Source of the DNA: an uncultured Gammaproteobacteria bacterium
GTDB taxonomy: Bacteria > Patescibacteriota > Patescibacteriia > Magasanikbacterales > UBA922
Assembly (NCBI GenBank): GCA_964519725.1
Contig: CAZFKS010000002.1
Location: forward strand, 49,325 to 113,324
Direction: 5' to 3'
DNA: 64,000 nt
Shown here: piece after piece, positions 56,952-64,000 of the stretch
Layout: every line of letters begins with the position of its first letter
Position numbering within the stretch: position 1 is the first letter of the stretch
The notes under the pieces: model-generated
Seen by the model: only the letters and a program-made list of their open reading frames with translations
Database searches by the model: none
What the model was told of the DNA's origin: nothing
Made by a program: the position numbers and the translations under genes

Positions 56952-58119
56952 CGGCCATTTTATTGACCACAGCTTTTAACTCGGTATCACTTGGACATTT
57001 ATTTTCGGAAAAACGATTTAGCACAATATCGCGCGCGGCATTTTTGGCTAAGATTTTAGTGGTATCATCAACGTCTGAATATAAATTTAGCCAAGCGTAA
57101 AAATAAAATTGCGCAGCCCACGCACTGTTTTCATTAATATTTTTGTCACCACCATTTACCCCAGTGTGAGTACTGCCATTAATCGCGTGGTGAGCTTCAT
57201 GAACAAAAGTGCCGGCCTTGTAAATTGGGTTGTAAACAAAACCATCCAAAGTTTCAGTGCGACTAGCGCCAGATGCTTCACAGGTAGCTGAGCCAGATTT
57301 AACCGCGTGGGTGTGTGCAAACGTGCCGCCTAAATTAATGACTAAATTCCAACCAGTGGAATATTCAGCGCAATTTTGGCCAGGATTTAACGTTAATTTT
57401 TGCGCGGTTAAATACGCGTATAAATTTTTCCCACCAGTAAATGGAAGTGGTTTAGAGAATTGCAAGTCTTTTAAGAGACGCAAAGTTGCGTAAATTGGTA
57501 ACCGACTCGCGCTCGTTGTGTTGTAATCACAGGCAAACGGTTTGTCAGTCCAATCTTTGCCCCACACGACATTAAAATCTGCGTCTAAGCTGGCGCGTTC
57601 ACTGTCACTTGGACAGCGTAAAAAATTACTCATGACCTGACTAATGGTTGGGGTTGAGATAACTGGTGTAGTTGGAATAGATGGCGACACTGGTGTACTT
57701 GGGACAGGAATAACTGGAGTTTCAATCACTGGGATACTGACTGGCGGAGTCACCGGGGTGGCTGGTACGGTTGGTATTGTCGGAGTTACTATTGATGTGG
57801 CTGGCGCATTTGGATCTTTATATGACATTGGCCCTTTGACGTCATCAGGAATATTTTTTAAATTTGTGGCACTAGTAATTTTTACTTGCTTCCAAGAACT
57901 AAAATACGCAAAAAAAGCCGTTTCATTGGTAAATGGTCGTTTAGTGCAGCTGCGGGTAACGTAGAAGACCGCTGGGCTTTCCTTTGATTTGTAGGCGGTT
58001 TGAGGCAAGAGGACGCAATCAGCTGCCCGGGCCACCTGAACACCCCAAAAAACACTGGTTATCCCCAGCGCCAGGAGGCTTGCTTTTTGCCAAAGCTTCG
58101 AGTATGATGTGGTTAACAT
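56935..58119 (-). CDS. Secreted protein with Pro/Thr-rich linker and a C-terminal putative zinc-metallopeptidase domain (HExxH).
   Basis: Signal peptide (LLALGITSVFWGVQVARA), PT-repeat linker (PTIPTVPATPVTPPVSIPVIETPVIPVPSTPVSPSIPTTP), FVHEAHHAINGSTH motif. 3' end overlaps the PLP enzyme gene by 17 nt. Confidence 0.5.
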   Translation of the reverse strand: MLTTSYSKLWQKASLLALGITSVFWGVQVARAADCVLLPQTAYKSKESPAVFYVTRSCTKRPFTNETAFFAYFSSWKQVKITSATNLKNIPDDVKGPMSYKDPNAPATSIVTPTIPTVPATPVTPPVSIPVIETPVIPVPSTPVSPSIPTTPVISTPTISQVMSNFLRCPSDSERASLDADFNVVWGKDWTDKPFACDYNTTSASRLPIYATLRLLKDLQFSKPLPFTGGKNLYAYLTAQKLTLNPGQNCAEYSTGWNLVINLGGTFAHTHAVKSGSATCEASGASRTETLDGFVYNPIYKAGTFVHEAHHAINGSTHTGVNGGDKNINENSAWAAQFYFYAWLNLYSDVDDTTKILAKNAARDIVLNRFSENKCPSDTELKAVVNKMAGDICK

Positions 58120-58138
58120 AAACGTATTTTAGCCAAAA

Positions 58139-58303
58139 ATATACCATTATGAAGCTCACTTGTCCAGAATGTAAAAATGAAGTTGATCTTAGTCGGTACC
58201 CAAATCTGGCCCCTGCAGACGTGATTGAATGTAATCACTGTGGGATTATGCTAGGCATTGAAAATATCTCAGGCGACGAAGTTACAGCCGAGATTGTTGA
58301 TGA
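58139..58303 (+). CDS. Unannotated LysW-like zinc-ribbon protein, 54 aa: MKLTCPECKNEVDLSRYPNLAPADVIECNHCGIMLGIENISGDEVTAEIVDEGK.
   Basis: CPxC...CxxCG spacing and surrounding residues closely resemble LysW/ArgW amino-group carrier proteins (TCPECGAEL...VVCEDCGAELEV). Acidic C-terminus but ends DEGK, not EDWGE. Below the ORF-track size cutoff. Confidence 0.5.
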
Positions 58304-58392
58304 AGGTAAATAATATGATTCAGAACCAGCACCTCGCTACTTGGTCTGGTTTTAATGGCAGCACCACCTGCTAAGGCTTGGTGCGGCTCCCA

Positions 58393-58427
58393 AACCCGCG
58401 TCAAGCGGGTTTTTATTTACTTTTTTT
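58393..58427 (+). terminator. Hairpin plus T-run immediately upstream of queT (terminator or attenuator).
   Basis: AACCCGCgtcaaGCGGGTTtttatttacttttttt-ATG. Confidence 0.6.
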
Positions 58428-59066
58428 ATGTTTCAATTTTCGGAAAAATCATTTACTAAGTTACTACTGGCTCTGACCGTATATTTGAGCGCGCTGTTTG
58501 CAGCCAATACGTTGGGACTCAAAATCATGCCATTTTTGTTTGGCTCACATTTGTCAGTGGGGGTGTTTTCCTTCCCAATTGTGTTTATTATGACTGATGT
58601 GATTGGGGAAATTTACGGCAAACAAGTAGCCAAATATTTTGTCTGGGCGGGATTTATCAGTACGGCGATTTTTATTGGTTACTCATTGTTGTCACTAGCT
58701 ATGCCTTGGGCCGCGGCGGGTGAATGGGTGAAAGATAGTTATAATCAGGTGTTTGCGGTGTCGATGCGGATTGCGGTGGCGTCACTGGTGGCGTTTGCCG
58801 TGGCTGAATATCAAGACGTCGTGACTTTTTTCTTTTTCAAGAAAAAATTGGGTGAAAAAATGTTTTGGCTCCGGTCATTTCTTTCCAACCTGTGGTCGCA
58901 GTTTTGGGACACAGTGTTATTTATGGTAATTGCGTTTGCTGGCGTGTATCCAACTAAAACTTTGATCAGTATTATTATTACCTGGTGGTTGTACAAGGTT
59001 TTAATGGGGCTGTTGTACACGCCGCTGTCATACTTGGCACTACGAGTGTTACGTACAAAAGAATAA
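58428..59066 (+). CDS. yhhQ: Queuosine-precursor transporter (YhhQ/QueT, VUT family, DUF165).
   Basis: FPIVFIMTDVIGEIYGK and overall ~6 TM helices in about 210 aa are typical of the YhhQ family. Confidence 0.7.
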   Translation: MFQFSEKSFTKLLLALTVYLSALFAANTLGLKIMPFLFGSHLSVGVFSFPIVFIMTDVIGEIYGKQVAKYFVWAGFISTAIFIGYSLLSLAMPWAAAGEWVKDSYNQVFAVSMRIAVASLVAFAVAEYQDVVTFFFFKKKLGEKMFWLRSFLSNLWSQFWDTVLFMVIAFAGVYPTKTLISIIITWWLYKVLMGLLYTPLSYLALRVLRTKE

Positions 59067-59073
59067 TTAAAAT

Positions 59074-59101
59074 AAAAAACGGTCCGTCAGGGCCGTTTTA
59101 T
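59074..59101. terminator. Bidirectional terminator between convergent genes.
   Basis: aAACGGTCCgtcagGGCCGTTttat between the yhhQ stop and the NUDIX (-) stop. Confidence 0.55.
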
Positions 59102-59655
59102 AATCCTAACTTTTTCTTAAACTCTATTAGTTTGTTTGGGGTACGATAAACTGCCTCGAAAATACTGATTACAAATAATGGGTTAGTTTTTATTTCCCGC
59201 TTTAAGATCATTTCGATTAATTCCTCAAAACTACAGGATTTAATAACAATTTTTTCACCCGGATCAGGATTTTGAGCGGTGGTGGTTTGGCAATTTAGTG
59301 CCAGAAAAATGTAATTGGTCCAGTCCATTTTATTCATGGGCATTACTTCACTGTAGAGCTCAAGCTTCTCCGCTTTTAAACCTGATTCTTCGAGTAGTTC
59401 TCGGGCCGCGCCAGTTTCTGGAGTTTCATTTGGTTCAATTCGGCCACCAAAAAACGATAGGTATTTTCCTTTGACTGGCTGTTCTTGTTCAGCGTACCAA
59501 ATTTTTCCTTCTTTTACGGCAATTACTTCCACTGTACCTGCTCGTTTTATCATTTCAAATGGAGCCGTTGATCCATCAAACATGGTTTGTTCCCAACCGT
59601 ACACATCGAAAACTTCTCCTTTATACTTTAATTCTGCTTGTTTTGGAATTTTCAT
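59098..59655 (-). CDS. NUDIX hydrolase.
   Basis: Nudix box GGRIEPNETPETGAARELLEESGL. Confidence 0.8.
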   Translation of the reverse strand: MKIPKQAELKYKGEVFDVYGWEQTMFDGSTAPFEMIKRAGTVEVIAVKEGKIWYAEQEQPVKGKYLSFFGGRIEPNETPETGAARELLEESGLKAEKLELYSEVMPMNKMDWTNYIFLALNCQTTTAQNPDPGEKIVIKSCSFEELIEMILKREIKTNPLFVISIFEAVYRTPNKLIEFKKKLGL

Positions 59656-61037
59656 ATTCGACTAATTACATTTTCAATCATGCCGCGGAAACCGTGTGAG
59701 CCTAAAAACACAATCAGGTCATTGGTTTCTGCATTATTAACCAAATGATCAACTAGTTCCGCGTCATCATCAATGTACAAAACATTGGCGTGTGTTTGTG
59801 AAATGGTGAGTGCGAGTTCGTCGCCTTCAATTGGTGGCGCAGAGTCGTTCACATCAATTTTAATTTTAGTCAGGCGCGGAATGATGACTTCATCAGCGGC
59901 CACAAAAGCATCAGTGTAGAGTGGTTTGGCATCAGGTTTGCGGTTACCAGTGTTTGGTTCAAACACAGCGGTAATTTTACCAGGGTAAATTGCGCGCAAA
60001 GTTTCAAGTACGGATTTGGCTTTGGCCGGTGAGTGGGCAATATCATCAAACACGGTTACTAGGCCGTCAGTGCGTTTTTCTAGGCGGCGTTTGAGGCCAG
60101 GAAAAGACGCGAGCGCGGCAATAATTTTTTGGGGTTCAATATTTAATTCATGCGCCAAAGCAAACGCGCCCGTAATATTTTCCGCTTGGTACGAACCAAG
60201 CAGTGGGGAAGTGATGGTAAATGTTTGACCCTGATAATGCAAATCAAAACTCAATCCGTCTGGTGATTGTATGACATTTTCGTAGCGGTAAATGGCGTCT
60301 TTATCAGTGCCATAGGTAACTACGAGCGGGCCGCCACTGACTGAGGCAGCGAGATTGAGGGCCGCAGAATTATCTGTGCTGACCGCAATTAAACCATCGG
60401 CTGAAACGGTTTGTACTAATTTTTCAAAAGCCGCTAAATAACTTTGCTCAGTTGGGTACACATCAACGTGATCCCAAGAAATCGCGGTGAGTAATAAATA
60501 CTTTGGCGCGTAGTGCGCAAATTTTGGACCATTATCCCAGCGCGCACTTTTGTATTCATCACCCTCAATAATACTCCACTGACTGTCAGCAAGGGCCGCG
60601 GAAGGAAAATCTGACTGGGCGAGTCCGCCAAACATGTAATTTGGATTAAGACCAGCTTCACTGAAAATCCAAGCCAGTAAGGCGGAAGTAGTAGTCTTGC
60701 CATAAGTGCCAACACAGACAATTGATTCTTCTTTTAGCCAAAATTCGGCGATGGCTTCTGGATATGATTTGTAATTTAAATGTAATTCTTGGACGGCTTG
60801 CCACTCTGGATTTTGTGAAGAAGCAACATTGCCAACAATTACCAAATCAGGTTTCCCCATTTTTTCTGGGTGCCAACCAGCGTAAAATTCCACGCCACTA
60901 TTTTGGAGCATGGTAGAAACTGGCGGGTAAAAACCAACATCACTACCAGTCACTTTATAACCTTTTTTGTGCAGGGCAATCGCGAGCGCACTCATGGCGA
61001 CCCCGCAAATTCCGATAAAGTGGATGTGTTTTTTCAT
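59652..61037 (-). CDS. Mur ligase family enzyme (MurC / Mpl-like UDP-N-acetylmuramate ligase).
   Basis: N-terminus HIHFIGICGVAMSALAIALHKKGYKVTGSD (MurC/Mpl Rossmann domain). Central GTYGKTTTSAL P-loop. C-terminal Mur ligase domain. Confidence 0.75.
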   Translation of the reverse strand: MKKHIHFIGICGVAMSALAIALHKKGYKVTGSDVGFYPPVSTMLQNSGVEFYAGWHPEKMGKPDLVIVGNVASSQNPEWQAVQELHLNYKSYPEAIAEFWLKEESIVCVGTYGKTTTSALLAWIFSEAGLNPNYMFGGLAQSDFPSAALADSQWSIIEGDEYKSARWDNGPKFAHYAPKYLLLTAISWDHVDVYPTEQSYLAAFEKLVQTVSADGLIAVSTDNSAALNLAASVSGGPLVVTYGTDKDAIYRYENVIQSPDGLSFDLHYQGQTFTITSPLLGSYQAENITGAFALAHELNIEPQKIIAALASFPGLKRRLEKRTDGLVTVFDDIAHSPAKAKSVLETLRAIYPGKITAVFEPNTGNRKPDAKPLYTDAFVAADEVIIPRLTKIKIDVNDSAPPIEGDELALTISQTHANVLYIDDDAELVDHLVNNAETNDLIVFLGSHGFRGMIENVISRI

Positions 61038-61687
61038 AATGCTTTCAAAACAGTTTCAAGTTCAGACAGATTTGCCTGCCATTTGGCACCATCAAACCAC
61101 TCTAACCCTGCAAATTGTAATTTGTAAGTATCAGTTGAACGTTGGGCTGAACCCAAATAAATATATTTTTTATTTTGTTCTTGCGCATACACAATTCCGC
61201 GGAGCATCAGGCCAAGACCTAGATTTGAAATATCAGTCGTGCGGTCGTAAAACGGGTATGAATAGTGGATTAAATCATTATTTTCATACGCAATGCAGTA
61301 ACCAACAATTTTATTTTCAAATGTATACAGTAATAATTTATTGAAATTACTTTTGGCGGCGTCAGTCAAAAGTTCCTTGATTTTATTAGCACTGAAAGTA
61401 CCATCACCAAATTTATCAGTGTAAAAATCTTTGGCCAATTTGCCAATTTCCCACGAATAATCAGAGTAGGGAAGTGATACAACTTCCAGTTCGAGCCCGT
61501 CAGTTTTTTTGAGTACGCGCCGATTTTCACTCGACAAAACAAATTTACTCAAATCAATCCGCACGCTGCGGGTTTGATCCAGTTCGCCCTTGCCTTTGCG
61601 CGTTAAAACAAAACCCTCATCATATAAATTACTGAGGGTTTGAGGAGAAAAATCAGAAATAGTTTTAGTTTGCCACGCAAGATACAT
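61034..61687 (-). CDS. Hypothetical 217-aa protein, possibly a GNAT-fold aminoacyl-tRNA-protein-transferase-like (Bpt/ATE C-domain-like) enzyme.
   Basis: Size and weak resemblance (GYCIAYENNDLIHYSYPFYD...YIYLG) to Bpt/ATE_C family. Sits between the Mur ligase and mraY with 4-nt and 2-nt junctions. Very uncertain. Confidence 0.25.
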   Translation of the reverse strand: MYLAWQTKTISDFSPQTLSNLYDEGFVLTRKGKGELDQTRSVRIDLSKFVLSSENRRVLKKTDGLELEVVSLPYSDYSWEIGKLAKDFYTDKFGDGTFSANKIKELLTDAAKSNFNKLLLYTFENKIVGYCIAYENNDLIHYSYPFYDRTTDISNLGLGLMLRGIVYAQEQNKKYIYLGSAQRSTDTYKLQFAGLEWFDGAKWQANLSELETVLKAL

Positions 61688-61688
61688 A

Positions 61689-62813
61689 TTAGTGAAGCGC
61701 CACCCAGAGGCCTAAGAATACGACCGCAGCGTGTAAAATCCAAAAGCGCATTACAGTTTTTTCTTCACTCCAGCCTAAAAGTTCAAAGTGATAATGTACT
61801 GGTGCCATGCGGAAAATGCGACGGCCTAAAATGTGTCGACCAAAAACTTGCACAATCACACTAGCGAGTTCAATGTAAAAAATAAAGGCTAAAAATGGCA
61901 AAATTAACATGGTGTTAATGACAATGGCGTTAATCGCCAGGAGTGCGCCCAGGCCAAGGGAACCAACATCACCCATTTGAAACCGCGCTGGTTTAACATT
62001 GAAGTACGTGTAAGTAATGAGCGCGCCAACCGTAGTGGCATTTAAATACGTAATTTCGGGAAAACCCTTTAGCCAACTAAGTAACATGAGTGTGGAAAAG
62101 GTTAGCATCAGTGAGCCACCAGCCAGACCATCCATTCCGTCGGCCACATTTACGGCATTGGCAGTGAACATGACAAAGAAAATAATGAGCGGAATCAGCC
62201 ACCAACCAAAATTAATTAAACCATCAAATGGAATGGCCACTTGGTGCCACTCGGTGCCAAGTTTGTAATAAATCCACCAGGCGGTAATGGCGCCCGCAAT
62301 AAATTGCAAAATTAATTTTTCGTGAACAAACACGCCTTTGCCTGGATGCGAGCCAAGCCAAAGTGATGAGCGCTTGAACATGGTCCATGGCAAAGTGAGG
62401 GATAGCCAAATTTTTTGGCGCCACTGTTTATGCACGCGAATGAGGCGCAGAGTTTGCTTGATATCGCGGTTGCGGCGGCGCTCGCCGTAAATATTTAAAA
62501 TATCATCAATGCCACCGAGTAGAGCAGATAAAAGCATGACCCCAATTGGTACAAAAGTGAAGCGGCGCTCCCAGTTAAAGAGCATGGTGATGGCGGCTAC
62601 GGTTACAATAACTAGGAGGCCACCCATGATTGGGGTACCCATTTTTTCTTTGCGGCTATCACGGACTAGAGTGGTGTCAAACGGATTGGTGCGGGTGATT
62701 TTGAATCGGTACAAGAATTTAATGAGGAGTGGGGCCCACAAAAAAGACACAAAAACCGCGGCTAGGCCAAAGCCAATCGCGGTACGGAGGATTTCGACAG
62801 AGACAGTCGGCAT
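61689..62813 (-). CDS. mraY: Phospho-N-acetylmuramoyl-pentapeptide transferase MraY, with a ~60-aa insertion.
   Basis: KMGTPIMGG, NAVNVADGMDGLAGG, FQMGDVGSLGLGAL, APVHYHFE are all canonical MraY motifs. Basic insertion GERRRNRDIKQTLRLIRVHKQWRQK... between TM segments. Confidence 0.85.
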   Translation of the reverse strand: MPTVSVEILRTAIGFGLAAVFVSFLWAPLLIKFLYRFKITRTNPFDTTLVRDSRKEKMGTPIMGGLLVIVTVAAITMLFNWERRFTFVPIGVMLLSALLGGIDDILNIYGERRRNRDIKQTLRLIRVHKQWRQKIWLSLTLPWTMFKRSSLWLGSHPGKGVFVHEKLILQFIAGAITAWWIYYKLGTEWHQVAIPFDGLINFGWWLIPLIIFFVMFTANAVNVADGMDGLAGGSLMLTFSTLMLLSWLKGFPEITYLNATTVGALITYTYFNVKPARFQMGDVGSLGLGALLAINAIVINTMLILPFLAFIFYIELASVIVQVFGRHILGRRIFRMAPVHYHFELLGWSEEKTVMRFWILHAAVVFLGLWVALH

Positions 62814-62846
62814 ATTTGGCTAATATAGCAACAAATTGCCAAAAAA

Positions 62847-63605
62847 TCAACTGAAGATTTTGAGCCGACGAATTTCCACTTTTTGGGCCTCGCAGGCGTG
62901 CTGGTAGGTGTCATTGGCCGGACCAGTCTGATTTTTTTCAACCCAGACATCATCAAGGAGCGGGGAATTGGGATTAGTCCACATTATACTGCCCGTGCGG
63001 ACCCCGTGGTCATATTGGCCTTCATTCCGCCAGCGGAAAGAATGCACATAATGGATGGTGCGATCACTAACATCAGTCACCAGTAAAACATGGTTCAAAG
63101 TCCGGTTAGTGCCAGTGTTCCACAAGAAAATTAAATCACCGGGCTGCAGATCATTTTTATTTATGACAAAACTATTGGTCGCGTCACCCAGCACACTCAC
63201 ACTAATATTTTGCGATGGGCGCAGTTTAATAATAAACCGGCGAAACCAATTGGCCGCAGGAAAATTAAGGGCGCTTTGCAAATCTTTTTTCACGCGCATG
63301 ATACCCTCGTAACGCAGCACATAATACGCCAGAGCTGAACAATCTACGCCCAAATTATTATCAACTAAAAACTTTTTTATGTCTTCACTACTTGCGGTGC
63401 TCAGTGAAAAATTTTTACTTTTCGCAATAATTTCTGCTTCTAAACCCAGGTCTTCAGGTGTGCCTTTACCCACCATAACGGCCAGGCCACCACGGGTTTT
63501 CACGCGTTGATTATTAAAATACGGCGCATTTACGGGAGCACCAAGCATTGGTAAGCGTAAATATTTAGCCACAATTTCTTGGGCTGGTAGTGACAAACTA
63601 GACAT
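62847..63605 (-). CDS. Putative NlpC/P60-like cysteine peptidase/amidase (hypothetical).
   Basis: GVDCSALAYYVL resembles the NlpC/P60 Cys motif (DCSG). Downstream His candidates (NHVLLV, IHYVHSF). Confidence 0.3.
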   Translation of the reverse strand: MSSLSLPAQEIVAKYLRLPMLGAPVNAPYFNNQRVKTRGGLAVMVGKGTPEDLGLEAEIIAKSKNFSLSTASSEDIKKFLVDNNLGVDCSALAYYVLRYEGIMRVKKDLQSALNFPAANWFRRFIIKLRPSQNISVSVLGDATNSFVINKNDLQPGDLIFLWNTGTNRTLNHVLLVTDVSDRTIHYVHSFRWRNEGQYDHGVRTGSIMWTNPNSPLLDDVWVEKNQTGPANDTYQHACEAQKVEIRRLKIFS

Positions 63606-63606
63606 A

Positions 63607-63948
63607 TTATAAAATCGGTTCAGTTAGGGACACGATGCGCCCGCCCGCGTCATTAAAAGTATTGGGCGCAGCCATCAGACCGTGCGGGCTTTGAATCCGC
63701 AGTAAATCCGCACCTAATTCGCGGTTAGCATAAGCAATGCAGTGAAAACCAGCTGCGGTTAATTCAGTTGCTAGGGTGTTAATTTTTTCCGCAGAAATAT
63801 TTGGTTCAGTTTGGCGTAAAATAATTTGCGCACCATCAGCAATCGTTATATAACTTTTTGGGTCAATTGGTTCGTGGGCTAAAGCAGCTAAATGTGCAGA
63901 AAAAGTAGTGTACTCTTGGTCATTCACGCGTGCTTTTTCTTGTAACAC
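63607..63948 (-). CDS. Hypothetical protein; N-terminus may extend beyond the window.
   Basis: ORF only. The track's M corresponds to a GTG codon. No motif recognised. Confidence 0.25.
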   Translation of the reverse strand: MLQEKARVNDQEYTTFSAHLAALAHEPIDPKSYITIADGAQIILRQTEPNISAEKINTLATELTAAGFHCIAYANRELGADLLRIQSPHGLMAAPNTFNDAGGRIVSLTEPIL

Positions 63949-64000
63949 TGATTCGTACGTAGTGGAGGCTGGCTGGCGCGCATTAATTTCAATTAAATAT

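Noticed and set aside
1-64000. tRNA, rRNA and CRISPR arrays.
   Set aside because: No T-loop-like GGTTCGAATCC-type motifs in cloverleaf context. No rRNA-like conserved blocks. No regularly spaced direct repeats of 25-40 nt were seen. The Pro/Thr and KPVVKP repeats are within coding sequences.

Overview
This 64-kb window looks like a low-GC, compact bacterial chromosome segment with Candidate-Phyla-Radiation/Patescibacteria-like content. It carries many GT-C/GT2/GT4 glycosyltransferases, five NUDIX genes, a minimal dcw/mraZ region and short intergenic spacers. No rRNA, tRNA, CRISPR array, transposase or integrase was recognisable by eye.

The core gene order from left to right is:
- uvrA 3' end, then an AT-rich accessory island with a ClpP/S49-fold protease-like gene, a YHYH-like repetitive secreted protein and a NYN nuclease.
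- A peptidase E (S51) gene, then uvrC (short form), mraZ-rsmH-ftsL-like, and a membrane-anchored ClpC-like AAA+ protein with a degenerate first ATPase domain.
- A WecA/MraY-family transferase, a DUF192 gene, rplU, an ECF sigma with an anti-sigma-like partner, then recR-ybaB-dnaB on the minus strand.
- A rhamnose/glycosyltransferase cluster: GT4, two GT-C membrane proteins, HIT, NUDIX, rfbB, rfbD, four GT2 genes and an rfbA-like gene.
- A PEGA-domain protein, murA (Asp variant), ctpA, a riboflavin kinase domain, ribE, ribH, era, rplI and pyrG.
- A PLD/cardiolipin-synthase-like gene, tsaE-glyA, two Nramp paralogs, Elp3 paired divergently with a SAM methyltransferase, and an orphan OmpR-type response regulator.
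- A PLP enzyme, a secreted HExxH protein, an unannotated LysW-like zinc-ribbon gene, queT/yhhQ, and a murC/mpl - Bpt-like - mraY operon.

The most striking unexplained signal is six short GC-rich islands of about 0.3-0.7 kb scattered through the AT-rich backbone:
- Four carry a small membrane or secreted ORF with a consensus Shine-Dalgarno and GC3-rich codons: 14640-15130, 44230-44740, 49430-49720 and 55400-55990.
- Two are largely structured and possibly non-coding: 5530-6260 and 39330-39750.

Other points worth follow-up:
- Several unannotated small genes: a 35-aa hydrophobic peptide at 7785-7892, a LysW-like zinc ribbon at 58139-58303 and a 20-aa leader-like ORF at 39435-39497.
- A repeat-bearing structured intergenic region upstream of the NYN gene.
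- A palindromic operator upstream of the second Nramp gene.
- The Elp3/methyltransferase pair and the murC/mpl - Bpt-like - mraY arrangement.

All functional calls rest on motif recognition by eye. No database search was run.
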